Source of the DNA: Candidatus Yonathbacteria bacterium RIFCSPLOWO2_01_FULL_43_27
Lineage (GTDB): Bacteria > Patescibacteriota > Minisyncoccia > Phycocordibacterales > UBA1550
Length of the DNA stretch: 57,206 bases
Direction of reading: 5' to 3'
Assembly (NCBI GenBank): GCA_001823545.1
Contig: MHUV01000002.1
Span: 1-57,206, forward strand
Part shown: one piece after another, positions 45,416-54,065 of the stretch
Layout: each line of letters begins with the position of its first letter
Position numbering within the stretch: the first letter of the stretch is position 1
Position numbers and translations under genes: made by a program
Notes under the pieces: generated by a model
Databases searched by the model: none
What the model was told of the DNA's origin: nothing
Seen by the model: only the letters and a program-made list of their open reading frames with translations

Positions 45416-46378
45416 ATGAAAAAAGAACATATGGTATTGGTTGCAACGCTTGGTTTGGCACTGGTGGCAATCCCTGCTTTTGCAGATGATAGAATCAATT
45501 CGCTTCCTACGACAACGATAGGAACTTCAACAAACCACGTACAGGCTCCCGTTGTTAAACAAAAGAAATTGCAAGAGGTAAAACGTGAAATCGAAGAAGC
45601 GCGCAAAGAAACACGAAGCGAGGTGAAGGATATTCGTGAAAAAGCGCTCAAAGAGACCCACGAGGCACGCGAAGGGCTCCATGATGAAGTAAAAACACTT
45701 CGTCAGGGTGTGGCAAGTTCTACGGCAACGGGGACTGCTCCAATGTTCAAAAAACTCATCGAAGAGCGTCGAGAGCATTTTAAAAATCAACTCGAAGAAA
45801 GAAAGGATGAAGTAAAGAAAAAGATTGAAATTGAAAAACTCCGCCTTAACGAAAAACTTAAAACAATAAAGGACGAGCGAAAGAAACAAACGGTGCAGAA
45901 AGTTAATGCTGAGATTCAGGTAATCAACACACGAAAGCTCGAGCATTATTCAAATGTTCTCAATCAGATCGAGGAAGTATTGAAGAAGGTGGGAACTCGT
46001 GTGGATAATGCAGCAGTACGTGGGCTTAACGTAAGTAACGTACGAACAAATATCACTGCGGTAGAAACTGCAATTGCTACAGCACGTGCATCTATCGTAA
46101 CTCAGTCTTCAAAGGTCTACACGGTTACCGTTACCACCGAAGGAAACCTCAAGAATGATACAGGGGTAACTCGCAAAGCACTCCAGAAAGATCTCTCTGT
46201 GGTACAGGATTTGGTAAAGGCTGCCCATGATGCACTTCGCAAAACTGCGGTAAGTTTGGCGCAGGTACCTCGTATTAATGATACGAACGGCTCAGCAACA
46301 TCAACAGCTACCTCGATAGGACAGACCGAAACTACTACTACCGCAACATCAACAGCGACCTCGACTGCAACTAATTAA
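45416..46378 (+). CDS. Secreted coiled-coil protein with a C-terminal (T-A-T-S)n repeat tail
   Basis: Signal peptide MKKEHMVLVATLGLALVAIPAFA. A long K/E-rich heptad-like region. The tail is TSTATSIGQTETTTTATSTATSTATN. Confidence 0.6.
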   Translation: MKKEHMVLVATLGLALVAIPAFADDRINSLPTTTIGTSTNHVQAPVVKQKKLQEVKREIEEARKETRSEVKDIREKALKETHEAREGLHDEVKTLRQGVASSTATGTAPMFKKLIEERREHFKNQLEERKDEVKKKIEIEKLRLNEKLKTIKDERKKQTVQKVNAEIQVINTRKLEHYSNVLNQIEEVLKKVGTRVDNAAVRGLNVSNVRTNITAVETAIATARASIVTQSSKVYTVTVTTEGNLKNDTGVTRKALQKDLSVVQDLVKAAHDALRKTAVSLAQVPRINDTNGSATSTATSIGQTETTTTATSTATSTATN

Positions 46379-46401
46379 TAACTAACGAAGATACTTCTTA
46401 T

Positions 46402-46623
46402 ATGAACAACAAGATAATTTTTCTCATCGTAATCATCGCGCTCGCCGTGTTAGGGTATGTGTATCAGGATAAACTAGGAACCTATTTTACCCCTACGACA
46501 AAGGTTGAAATTACTATTCCAGCGGATACGACCGAAGTAATTAACACCGAGGTTCAGAATATCAATATTGGTGATCTTAATAGTGATTTCCAGTCAATCG
46601 ACAAGGACATTAGCACGCTCTAA
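46402..46623 (+). CDS. Small single-TM hypothetical protein
   Basis: A 73-aa ORF with an N-terminal TM helix (IIFLIVIIALAVLGYVY) immediately after the coiled-coil gene. Only the terminator at 46646-46681 follows. Confidence 0.4.
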   Translation: MNNKIIFLIVIIALAVLGYVYQDKLGTYFTPTTKVEITIPADTTEVINTEVQNINIGDLNSDFQSIDKDISTL

Positions 46624-46645
46624 TAATACGTCATTGTCTTATACC

Positions 46646-46681
46646 ACAGAAAAAGCGCATCATTTGATGCGCTTTTTCTGT
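46646..46681. terminator. Bidirectional perfect hairpin terminator
   Basis: ACAGAAAAAGCGCATCA-tt-TGATGCGCTTTTTCTGT. Confidence 0.8.
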
Positions 46682-46698
46682 ATCGAACGTGCTTTGTG

Positions 46699-47043
46699 TT
46701 ATTTTACCTCGTTTACAATGTTTGCAAATGTTTCTGGATTCTTCTCTGCAAGGAGTGCCATGATCTTTCGGTCAAGAATGATATTTTTTTTCTTGAGCGC
46801 GTCAATGAATTTTGAGTAGGAAAAACCAAGTGGGCGAAGTGCGGCATTCATCTTTACCGTCCATAAGCGACGAAAATCTGCTTTCTTGTCACGGCGGTGT
46901 GCAAATGCATATGCTCCAGCGTGTGAAATAGCATCCTGTGCCTGCACTTCTTTCTTGCTACGTCCAAAACGGTATCCCTTTACCTGTGAAAGGATGTTAC
47001 GTCGTGATTTTGCGGTGGTTGTTCCTCGTTTTACTCTTGTCAT
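46699..47043 (-). CDS. rplT: 50S ribosomal protein L20
   Basis: MTRVKRGTTTAKSRRNILSQVKGYRFGRSK. Confidence 0.95.
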   Translation of the reverse strand: MTRVKRGTTTAKSRRNILSQVKGYRFGRSKKEVQAQDAISHAGAYAFAHRRDKKADFRRLWTVKMNAALRPLGFSYSKFIDALKKKNIILDRKIMALLAEKNPETFANIVNEVK

Positions 47044-47064
47044 AGTAGTAGTGTTAAAAAATTA

Positions 47065-47253
47065 TTATACAAGTCCCGGTAAAAAGCGCGCCTGTTCCTT
47101 GTGGGTCATCTTGAGACTTGCAAGACGTTTCCCCGCGAGCTGGCTTGAGCGACTTGCTTTTGCGTTAAAGTGGTTCTGTCCTGGTACACGGCTAAGAATT
47201 TTGCCGGTTTTTGTTACCTTGAGACGGCTGGTGAATGATTTATTTGTTTTCAT
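47065..47253 (-). CDS. rpmI: 50S ribosomal protein L35
   Basis: MKTNKSFTSRLKVTKTGKILSRVPGQNHFNAKASR. Confidence 0.9.
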   Translation of the reverse strand: MKTNKSFTSRLKVTKTGKILSRVPGQNHFNAKASRSSQLAGKRLASLKMTHKEQARFLPGLV

Positions 47254-47283
47254 AAGCTTATGTAAGTAAAAACGTTAGTGTAC

Positions 47284-47823
47284 CTATTTTTTTGACGCTC
47301 GTTCCAGAATTACGGTAAGGCCTTTAGGACTTTTAAGAGGCTCTCCAGCGACTTTGTAGTCTTCGCTAATAAGATTCAAGATTCTTTCGAGACGCTCTTT
47401 TTTGAAATCCATATCCGTAAACTTTGAACGTCCAGTAAGGAAAAGGTCTACTTTAACCCGATGTCCTTCCTTAAGCCATTTTGAAGCATTTTTTGCTTTT
47501 AGCTCAAGGTCGTGCTCGGAAGTGCCAATCTTAACCTGAAGGGACTTTGTTTCGGTGGTATGAGTTCGCGCTTTTGCCTCCTTTTGTTTCTTATTCTGCT
47601 GATACTGAAACTTACCATAATCCATTATTTTTGCAATAGGGGGCACAGCCGCAGGGGAGATCTCGATAAGATCAAGTCCTAATGCTTGCGCTTTTGCTAG
47701 TGCTTCTGAGAGAGAGATAATTCCAAGGTTATCACCGGTTTCGGTAATAACGCGGAGCTCTTTCGCTCTAATGTGATGATTGATTTTTATTGAAGGAGTC
47801 AACGTGAATTGTTCAAACCGCAA
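47284..47823 (-). CDS. infC: Translation initiation factor IF-3
   Basis: INHHIRAKELRVITETGDNLGIISLSEALAKAQALGLDLIEISPAAVPPIAKIMDYGKFQYQ. IF-3 genes commonly use an AUU/AUA start, so the exact 5' end is uncertain. Confidence 0.9.
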   Translation of the reverse strand: MRFEQFTLTPSIKINHHIRAKELRVITETGDNLGIISLSEALAKAQALGLDLIEISPAAVPPIAKIMDYGKFQYQQNKKQKEAKARTHTTETKSLQVKIGTSEHDLELKAKNASKWLKEGHRVKVDLFLTGRSKFTDMDFKKERLERILNLISEDYKVAGEPLKSPKGLTVILERASKK

Positions 47824-47990
47824 GGAACCTGCGGAATGCTATATAATATATGGCATTTTGAATTAAAAGTCAATGGTAGCGTTTGTCGTTGATGGAAGGA
47901 GGAAGGGAGTAGAAAAATGTGTTTGAGGCGAGTTTTTTGATTGTTTTAGGATGGTGAATGAAAATAGAATAAATATTATGCTTTAAAAAC

Positions 47991-48102
47991 TTGACTTTTT
48001 CGTAATATTTGTTATATTGTATGTATGTGAGTGCGCGAGGGCAACCTCGGGCGATTCAACAAACGAATGTCTGCAAAAACCTCCGCGCAAGCGGAGTTTT
48101 TT
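47991..48102 (+). ncRNA. Candidate small RNA: a sigma-70-like promoter followed about 75 nt later by an intrinsic terminator, divergent from infC
   Basis: TTGACT (47991-47996), a 16-nt spacer, then TATATT (48013-48018). Then GUGAGUGCGCGAGGGCAACCUCGGGCG... ends in CTCCGC-gcaa-GCGGAG plus T6 (48081-48102). No ORF follows. Confidence 0.4.
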
Positions 48103-48254
48103 GTTTCTGTTTTTTCTTGGTATGTTTTGCTATACTCTTAATAAAGTTCCTGTGTTCTTTTGACTAGCGACTGCACTCACATATTTAGACATTTGTTGGA
48201 GTTCGCACTCGCTAGTCAAAAGAGTACGGGAAAAATATTTACATAAAGAATTAT

Positions 48255-48293
48255 AAAAAATTGCGCACAGATATCTGTGCGCAATTATTTTTT
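48255..48293. terminator. Perfect 28-bp palindrome flanked by an A-run and a T-run (bidirectional terminator)
   Basis: AAAAAATTGCGCACAGAT/ATCTGTGCGCAATTATTTTTT. Confidence 0.75.
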
Positions 48294-48414
48294 AATACGT
48301 GTACATTAAAATTATTTTTTAATTAATAAAAAATATTGAGAAATAAAATTAATTAATTTTTTATTTTTTTATTTTGTAAAAATATTTTAATAAATTTTTT
48401 TTACAAAAAAAAGT

Positions 48415-48423
48415 TATCCACAG
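48415..48423 (+). promoter_or_regulatory. Single consensus DnaA box inside a tract of about 90% AT
   Basis: TTATCCACA is an exact match to the DnaA-box consensus. The surrounding tract at 48300-48480 is almost entirely A/T. Confidence 0.3.
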
Positions 48424-48643
48424 TTTTTTTACAAAAAAGTATTGTAAATGATTTTCATATGCGTGATAATAATAGTAGATCAGTACACAGAGTATGAAAA
48501 ATATTTTCATACACGAATGATCCAATGATCAAACATGACAACACATTTTATTTTAATATATGTTGTCGGTCGAAGATTATTGTAAAAAATAATTTGCATA
48601 CAAATGTACATACATACGTGTATGTACATACGTACATAAAACA

Positions 48644-48715
48644 ATGGCAGCAAAAAAGAAGGCAAAGAAGGCAGCAAAGAAAGTAGCAAAGAAAGCAGCT
48701 AAGAAGCGCAAATAG
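48644..48715 (+). CDS. 23-codon micro-ORF encoding a Lys/Ala-only peptide (MAAKKKAKKAAKKVAKKAAKKRK), followed by a terminator
   Basis: Read directly from the sequence. A hairpin (AACCGCCC-cag-GGCGGTT plus T-run) lies at 48743-48765. There is no obvious Shine-Dalgarno. It could instead be the 5' region of an RNA. Confidence 0.3.
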   Translation: MAAKKKAKKAAKKVAKKAAKKRK

Positions 48716-48786
48716 TTTTTCAAGCACATAGTGTGCAGCAATAACCGCCCCAGGGCGGTTTTTGTTTTTTCCAGAGAAGCCTTACG

Positions 48787-51594
48787 TTGCTTGTGAAATA
48801 TGGTATACTTTATACATATATGGCACTATGGGGAGCACAACATCATGAAAGAGGGGAGCAAGGTAACTCTTTAGGGAATACAAAAAAATTTGAAACTCCC
48901 CACGAGGAGATTGCATATTTACGCGCACGTATCGAAGAACAGGAACAGGTGATGACACAAAATGGTCATACTATTGAACGACCGCATGTCGCGAAAGAAA
49001 AGATTTTAGAATATCGCGAGGAGGTTCCTGAAAAAATATTAAAGGAAACATATCAGATTAAGGCACAGGAAATAGAAGAGCGTGTACTTGGATTAGATAA
49101 AGAGCGTTCAGAAATGATTGATGAACTCGTGCGCATTATGATGGAACGTGGTATTAAAAATACACTCACCATACTTGAAAAGTTGCACAACCCTCGCCTC
49201 GAAGACGACTTCCATCGTTTTCTCGTGCAGTTTCTTTCAGACACATCGTTCACTTCAATAGTAAAAGAACGCGTACTCTTTCGTGCGCTTCGTATGCGTT
49301 TGTACGAGATCACCTTACCGCCGATTAATCAAAAAGGTGAAGCAAGAAGTTTTGCAGACCTCGTAACAGGAATGGAACAGTTTTATGCAGGAATGCTTTC
49401 CGTAGAGGCGACATCTTCTGTGTGGGGCGAAGTAAAAAATTACTTTACTCTTGAGCTCGCACTTTCAAATATTTCAAGCGAAGTGGTGTTTTATGCGGCA
49501 GTGCCTTTTGAATACAGCGACTTATTTGAAAAGCAAATACTTTCTGCATATCCAGATGCAAAAATTCGTGAGCATAAAGAAGACTACAATCCATTTAATG
49601 AAGCGGGAGTAACGCTTGCTTCTGTTGCTGAACCAGTAGGAAATCAGGTTTTTGCCATGAAGACGTTTGAAAAGTTTTCCCAGGATCCGTTAAATACACT
49701 TCTTGGTGCCTTTAGTAAGATAGAGCACGCAGGAGAGGGTGTTGCGATACAGTTTGTTATTGAGCCACAAGGAAAGGCGTTTAATGATGTCTATAAAAAT
49801 GCGAGAGAGGAAATTAAAAAAGGTATACCGGTAAAAAAAGCGCTTGAGAGTACCACGATGCGTTTTGCTACGGGTTTTGCCTCGGTAGCCAAAGAACTCA
49901 TGTTTGGTATTAAGAAGAATGAAGAACATATTGACCAAGAAGCGGTTGAGAGTATTACAGAAAAAATCTCTTCACCGGTAGTGGATACCAATATTCGCAT
50001 TGTGGTGTCGGCGGGGGATGAAGCACGCGCGACAGCACTTTTGAATGAACTTGAATCCACGTTTAATCAATTCAATAAACCACACGCTAACGGTATTAAA
50101 TGGCGTCGCCTTACGACGGGTGCAGAACTTGCAAAAACTATTTCTCAGTACTCGTTCCGTATATTTGAGAAGAATCAAAGTTTTCCGTTGAATCTTAAAG
50201 AGCTTACAACGATATTCCATTTCCCCGTAACAGAAGTATCCTCTCCTGAGCTCAAAGAATCCCGCGCGGGAGTTGCGCCAGCACCGCTCACACTTTCTTC
50301 TGAGGGTGTCGTACTTGGTGTAAATCGTTATCATAATAAAGAAACACAGGTGCATATGGGGCGCGAGGATCGCATGCGTCATTTATATGTCATTGGACAG
50401 ACGGGAACTGGGAAGACGAGCATTTTGAAAAATATGATTGTGCAGGATATCCGCAATGGTGACGGCGTCTGTTTCATTGATCCGCATGGTTCTGACATAC
50501 AGGATATTCTTGCCCTTGTGCCACCTGAACGTGCAGATGACGTCATTTATTTTGATCCTGCTGATACAGCGCGTCCTATGGGGCTCAATATGCTTGAGTA
50601 TGATAGAGAGAAGCCCGAACAAAAAACGTTTGTGGTGAACGAGATGATGAATATCTTCAATCAACTCTTTGATATGAAGGTTGGTGGTGGGCCAATGTTT
50701 GATCAGTATTTTAGAAATGCAGCAGCGCTCGTGATGGAGCATCCAGAATCTGGCTCTACGCTTCTCGAGATTACCCGTGTACTTGCGGATAAGGATTTTC
50801 GTGCAATGAAGCTTGCGCACTGTAAAAATCCTATCATCGCACAGTTTTGGACAAGCGCAGAAAAAACTACCGGAGATCAAGGGCTCGCAAATTTTGTGCC
50901 CTACATCTCGAGTAAGTTTGATAACTTTATTTCCAACGATATTATGCGTCCGATTGTGCTCCAGCAGAACTCGACGCTTAATTTTAGAAAGATTATGGAC
51001 GAGAAAAAGATTCTCCTCGTCAATCTTTCAAAAGGACGCTTGGGTGATATCAACGCCAATTTCATCGGGCTTTTGCTCGTAGGGAAAATAATGATGGCAG
51101 CTCTTTCGCGGGTAGATATGTTTGGTACGGGTACCACGCCAAAGGATTTTTATTTGTATATCGACGAATTCCAAAATGTGACGACGCCTTCTATCGCAAC
51201 TATTCTTTCCGAAGCGCGCAAGTATCGTCTCTCGCTCACCGTAGCGCACCAATTTATTGCACAACTTACCGATGAAATAAAAAATGCGGTATTTGGTAAC
51301 GTGGGTTCGATGGCGGTGTTCCGTGTTGGTCCCGATGATGCAAAATATCTCGAGAGTAAGTTTGCACCTACCTTTAGCGCTGAGGATATAACACGCCTCG
51401 ATAACTATCAAGCGTATCTGAGTCTTTTAATTAACGGTCAGCCAGGGAAGTCGTTCAATATTGCTACGTTGTCACCAGAAAAGGGTGACGCGTCTTCCGC
51501 AGAGCACATAAAAGAACTCTCTCGTTCGAAGTATGGACTTTCTCGAGAGATAGTTGAAGCGGAAATTTTTTCGCGTTTTGAGGCAGGGAAGTGA
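48787..51594 (+). CDS. VirD4/TraG-like (type IV coupling protein family) ATPase. It is soluble, with a roughly 500-aa N-terminal extension and no TM anchor.
   Basis: Walker A GQTGTGKT, then FIDPHGSD (compare the v.DPKGE motif). DVIYFDPADTARPMGLNMLE (compare the NPL motif). Walker B LYIDEFQNV. C-terminal EARKYRLSLTVAHQFIAQL resembles the TraG-D_C pattern RKyg..l....Q...QL. The start could be 48820 or 48952 (AGGTG before MTQNGH). Confidence 0.65.
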   Translation: MLVKYGILYTYMALWGAQHHERGEQGNSLGNTKKFETPHEEIAYLRARIEEQEQVMTQNGHTIERPHVAKEKILEYREEVPEKILKETYQIKAQEIEERVLGLDKERSEMIDELVRIMMERGIKNTLTILEKLHNPRLEDDFHRFLVQFLSDTSFTSIVKERVLFRALRMRLYEITLPPINQKGEARSFADLVTGMEQFYAGMLSVEATSSVWGEVKNYFTLELALSNISSEVVFYAAVPFEYSDLFEKQILSAYPDAKIREHKEDYNPFNEAGVTLASVAEPVGNQVFAMKTFEKFSQDPLNTLLGAFSKIEHAGEGVAIQFVIEPQGKAFNDVYKNAREEIKKGIPVKKALESTTMRFATGFASVAKELMFGIKKNEEHIDQEAVESITEKISSPVVDTNIRIVVSAGDEARATALLNELESTFNQFNKPHANGIKWRRLTTGAELAKTISQYSFRIFEKNQSFPLNLKELTTIFHFPVTEVSSPELKESRAGVAPAPLTLSSEGVVLGVNRYHNKETQVHMGREDRMRHLYVIGQTGTGKTSILKNMIVQDIRNGDGVCFIDPHGSDIQDILALVPPERADDVIYFDPADTARPMGLNMLEYDREKPEQKTFVVNEMMNIFNQLFDMKVGGGPMFDQYFRNAAALVMEHPESGSTLLEITRVLADKDFRAMKLAHCKNPIIAQFWTSAEKTTGDQGLANFVPYISSKFDNFISNDIMRPIVLQQNSTLNFRKIMDEKKILLVNLSKGRLGDINANFIGLLLVGKIMMAALSRVDMFGTGTTPKDFYLYIDEFQNVTTPSIATILSEARKYRLSLTVAHQFIAQLTDEIKNAVFGNVGSMAVFRVGPDDAKYLESKFAPTFSAEDITRLDNYQAYLSLLINGQPGKSFNIATLSPEKGDASSAEHIKELSRSKYGLSREIVEAEIFSRFEAGK

Positions 51595-51605
51595 CTCTCG
51601 GTTCC

Positions 51606-52181
51606 TTAGAAATTATTTTTTCCAACACGTTCTGTATATTCTCCTGAATCGGTATTGATACGAAGCACGTCGCCTTCATTGATAAAGAGAGGCACTAATA
51701 CTGTTGCGCCTGTTTCTAGCACAACTTGCTTCGAAGCACCTGTTGCGGTGTTGCCACGAACTGCAGGAGCAGCTTCTTTCACGAGAAGGTCTACTTTAAT
51801 AGGAAGGCGGACGCCGATAATTTTTTCATCAAAGATGACGGCAGTCACGATGGAGTTTGCTTTCAAAAATCCTTCCTTGCCTTCAAGAAGTTCTGTGTTA
51901 AGTGCAAAACGGTCTGATGGTTTTTCTGGGTCGCAGAACCAGGACTCGTTTTTGCTCGTATAGAGATATTTTACTTCGCGCGTTTCGATGTCAGCCTCTG
52001 GTACTTTGTCTGATGCATGAAAGGTTGCGGGAATAATTTTCCCCGAGAGGAGATTGCGAATCTTTGCTTGGTTCTGTGGTTTGCGCTGTTGCGTGCGTGC
52101 AATGTGAGCCTCGATCACTTCGTAAGGTTCATTTTCGAGGACAATATATTTTTTAGGTAGTATTTCATTGTAATTTAGCAT
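51606..52181 (-). CDS. efp: Elongation factor P
   Basis: Three-domain EF-P pattern (...VRGNTATGASKQVVLETGATVLVPLFINEGDVLRINTDSGEYTERV). Confidence 0.95.
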   Translation of the reverse strand: MLNYNEILPKKYIVLENEPYEVIEAHIARTQQRKPQNQAKIRNLLSGKIIPATFHASDKVPEADIETREVKYLYTSKNESWFCDPEKPSDRFALNTELLEGKEGFLKANSIVTAVIFDEKIIGVRLPIKVDLLVKEAAPAVRGNTATGASKQVVLETGATVLVPLFINEGDVLRINTDSGEYTERVGKNNF

Positions 52182-52289
52182 AATGGGGATATTTTATAGT
52201 TATAAAGGGAAAAAGTAAAGGATTGACTTTTGGTTTAATATATGCTACAATTGAATAAGATAAAAACTTATAATCAAAGGGGGTCGAAA

Positions 52290-52511
52290 ATGCAGCGTAC
52301 AGTACTTATCCCTGAAAAGGGAGGTAATGGGTCAGCAGTAGCACGAGAAAATATAGAGGAGGTGAAAGAGGTAACCTCAGAACATGAGTGCAACGAACGT
52401 CTCATGAATGGCTGGGGCCTTCTTGGTATTGTCCCTAAGGAATATTGGGACAATGACCGCGGGATCATAGTGCGTGGCATAGTGTATGTTATGTATCATA
52501 CTGTTATGTAG
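52290..52511 (+). CDS. Small hypothetical protein (73 aa) with a strong RBS and its own terminator
   Basis: AAGGGGGTCGAAA precedes the ATG. A hairpin lies immediately after the stop. The sequence MQRTVLIPEKGGNGSAVARENIEEVKEVTSEHECNERLMNGWGLLGIVPKEYWDNDRGIIVRGIVYVMYHTVM has no recognised motif. Confidence 0.45.
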   Translation: MQRTVLIPEKGGNGSAVARENIEEVKEVTSEHECNERLMNGWGLLGIVPKEYWDNDRGIIVRGIVYVMYHTVM

Positions 52512-52526
52512 TACGTTATCCCATAC

Positions 52527-52564
52527 ACAAAAGGTCGAGCAGAACATCTGCTCGACCTTTTTTA
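52527..52564. terminator. Bidirectional terminator between the small ORF and recA
   Basis: AAAAGGTCGAGCAG-aacat-CTGCTCGACCTTTTTT. Confidence 0.8.
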
Positions 52565-53590
52565 CTATTCCGTTTCTTTTAGTTTCTCTTTAATCTGTTT
52601 CAAGAGCTCGTTGCGTACCGCTTTGTTTTCTTTGTCTGCAAGGAATTGACACGCTGAGTCATAGCCACGACCGATTTTTACCTCGCCGTAGGTGTATGAG
52701 GATCCAGATTTTTGTAGAATCTCAAACTTTTCACCGAGTCCAAGAATTTCACCCTCCTGTGAGATACCTTTGTTGTACAAGAGGTCAAACTCTGCTTGTT
52801 TGAATGGTGCAGCGACTTTGTTTTTAACAACTTTTACCTTGATGCGCCCGCCAATGACGTCCTCACCTTTTTTTATTTGTGCGGTACGACGGATATCGAG
52901 ACGAACCGAGGTGTAAAACTTGAGTGCTTTGCCACCCGGCGTTGTTTCAGGATTGCCAAACATCACGCCAATTTGCATACGAATTTGGTTGATGAAAATA
53001 ACAATCGTTTTTGATTTGTCGACGATCGCGGTGAGTTTGCGGAGTGCCTGCGACATCAAACGTGCTTGTTTACCGACGTGGTGCGCGCCCATGTCACCTT
53101 CTATTTCATCTTTTGGGGTGAGCGCGGCAACAGAGTCAACGACGATAACATCGATTTTCCCCGAACGAACAAGGGATTCGGTAATTTCGAGTGCTTGTTC
53201 ACCGGTGTCTGGCTGAGAGATGAGCAAGTTATCGATGTTCACGCCGAGCTTGCGCGCATAATCGGGGTCCATTGCGTGTTCTGCGTCAACAAACGCACAA
53301 ATACCACCCATCTTTTGTGCTTCCGCAACGACGTGGAGCGAAAGCGTGGTTTTTCCAGATGACTCTGGTCCAAAGATTTCTACGATACGACCACGAGGAA
53401 GCCCGCCGACGCCAAGTGCATAGTCGAGGCCGATCGAACCTGTAGGAATGGCGTCTACTCCAACCTTTGGTTTGTCTCCAAGCTTCATAATAGAACCTTC
53501 ACCAAACTTTGCCTGAATGGCCTTGATGGTGTCTTCGATATTCGAGCTAGTTCCTTTTGGTTCTTTAGGAGCTTTTTTTGCTAGTGCCAT
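52565..53590 (-). CDS. recA: Recombinase RecA
   Basis: [17 protein letters not shown] (Walker A), IVVDSVAAL, and the L1/L2 loop regions. Confidence 0.97.
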   Translation of the reverse strand: MALAKKAPKEPKGTSSNIEDTIKAIQAKFGEGSIMKLGDKPKVGVDAIPTGSIGLDYALGVGGLPRGRIVEIFGPESSGKTTLSLHVVAEAQKMGGICAFVDAEHAMDPDYARKLGVNIDNLLISQPDTGEQALEITESLVRSGKIDVIVVDSVAALTPKDEIEGDMGAHHVGKQARLMSQALRKLTAIVDKSKTIVIFINQIRMQIGVMFGNPETTPGGKALKFYTSVRLDIRRTAQIKKGEDVIGGRIKVKVVKNKVAAPFKQAEFDLLYNKGISQEGEILGLGEKFEILQKSGSSYTYGEVKIGRGYDSACQFLADKENKAVRNELLKQIKEKLKETE

Positions 53591-53608
53591 AATATGTTTG
53601 TTGTGTTA

Positions 53609-54046
53609 TTAATTTGTTCCCGTTGATGTTGTAGTCGATGTTGCCGTTCCTCCTGTCTCGATAGTTTCAGTGATTGTGCTGGTACTTGCGGATGTTGCCA
53701 CCTTGGGTATCAGTATCATTTCTATTACTTCACTACCCGTGCGTCCGTAGCGGTCCCGTGCTTCAAGGGTCATTATATTATACCCCGAGGATAGGAGCAA
53801 TTGTTCGCTAAAATTTCCATCGAGATCAATGGTTGTGGTGGCGTTGTTGATAAAAAAGAGGTTTCCTCTGAGTACCCTTCCGGCAATAGTTATCATTGGT
53901 GTAGTGGTCGCGTATCCGGTTTGCGGGGTCGTGATATCAATACGTGGTCTGCGCAAGACGTCTTTTAATGCAAAGAATGAATACCCTACTACCATAAGTA
54001 TGCCGAGTATGATAAGTATTCTAATAATAAGATTTCGGGAGAGCAT
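53609..54046 (-). CDS. Membrane-anchored hypothetical protein with a Thr/Ser-rich C-terminal tail
   Basis: An N-terminal TM helix (IIRILIILGILMVVGYSFFAL), a soluble domain, and the tail TSASTSTITETIETGGTATSTTTSTGTN. Confidence 0.5.
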   Translation of the reverse strand: MLSRNLIIRILIILGILMVVGYSFFALKDVLRRPRIDITTPQTGYATTTPMITIAGRVLRGNLFFINNATTTIDLDGNFSEQLLLSSGYNIMTLEARDRYGRTGSEVIEMILIPKVATSASTSTITETIETGGTATSTTTSTGTN

Positions 54047-54065
54047 ATGGTTAGTGTCTTATATG

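Noticed and set aside
48300-48480. Calling the AT-rich tract a chromosomal origin (oriC)
   Set aside because: Only one consensus DnaA box was found. dnaA and dnaN are not in the window. This is kept only as a low-confidence note and needs a whole-contig GC-skew analysis.
48507-48689. 60-aa minus-strand ORF in the AT-rich spacer
   Set aside because: It is composed largely of Leu/Ile/Tyr from AT-rich sequence and overlaps the KA micro-ORF on the opposite strand. No RBS or promoter is evident.
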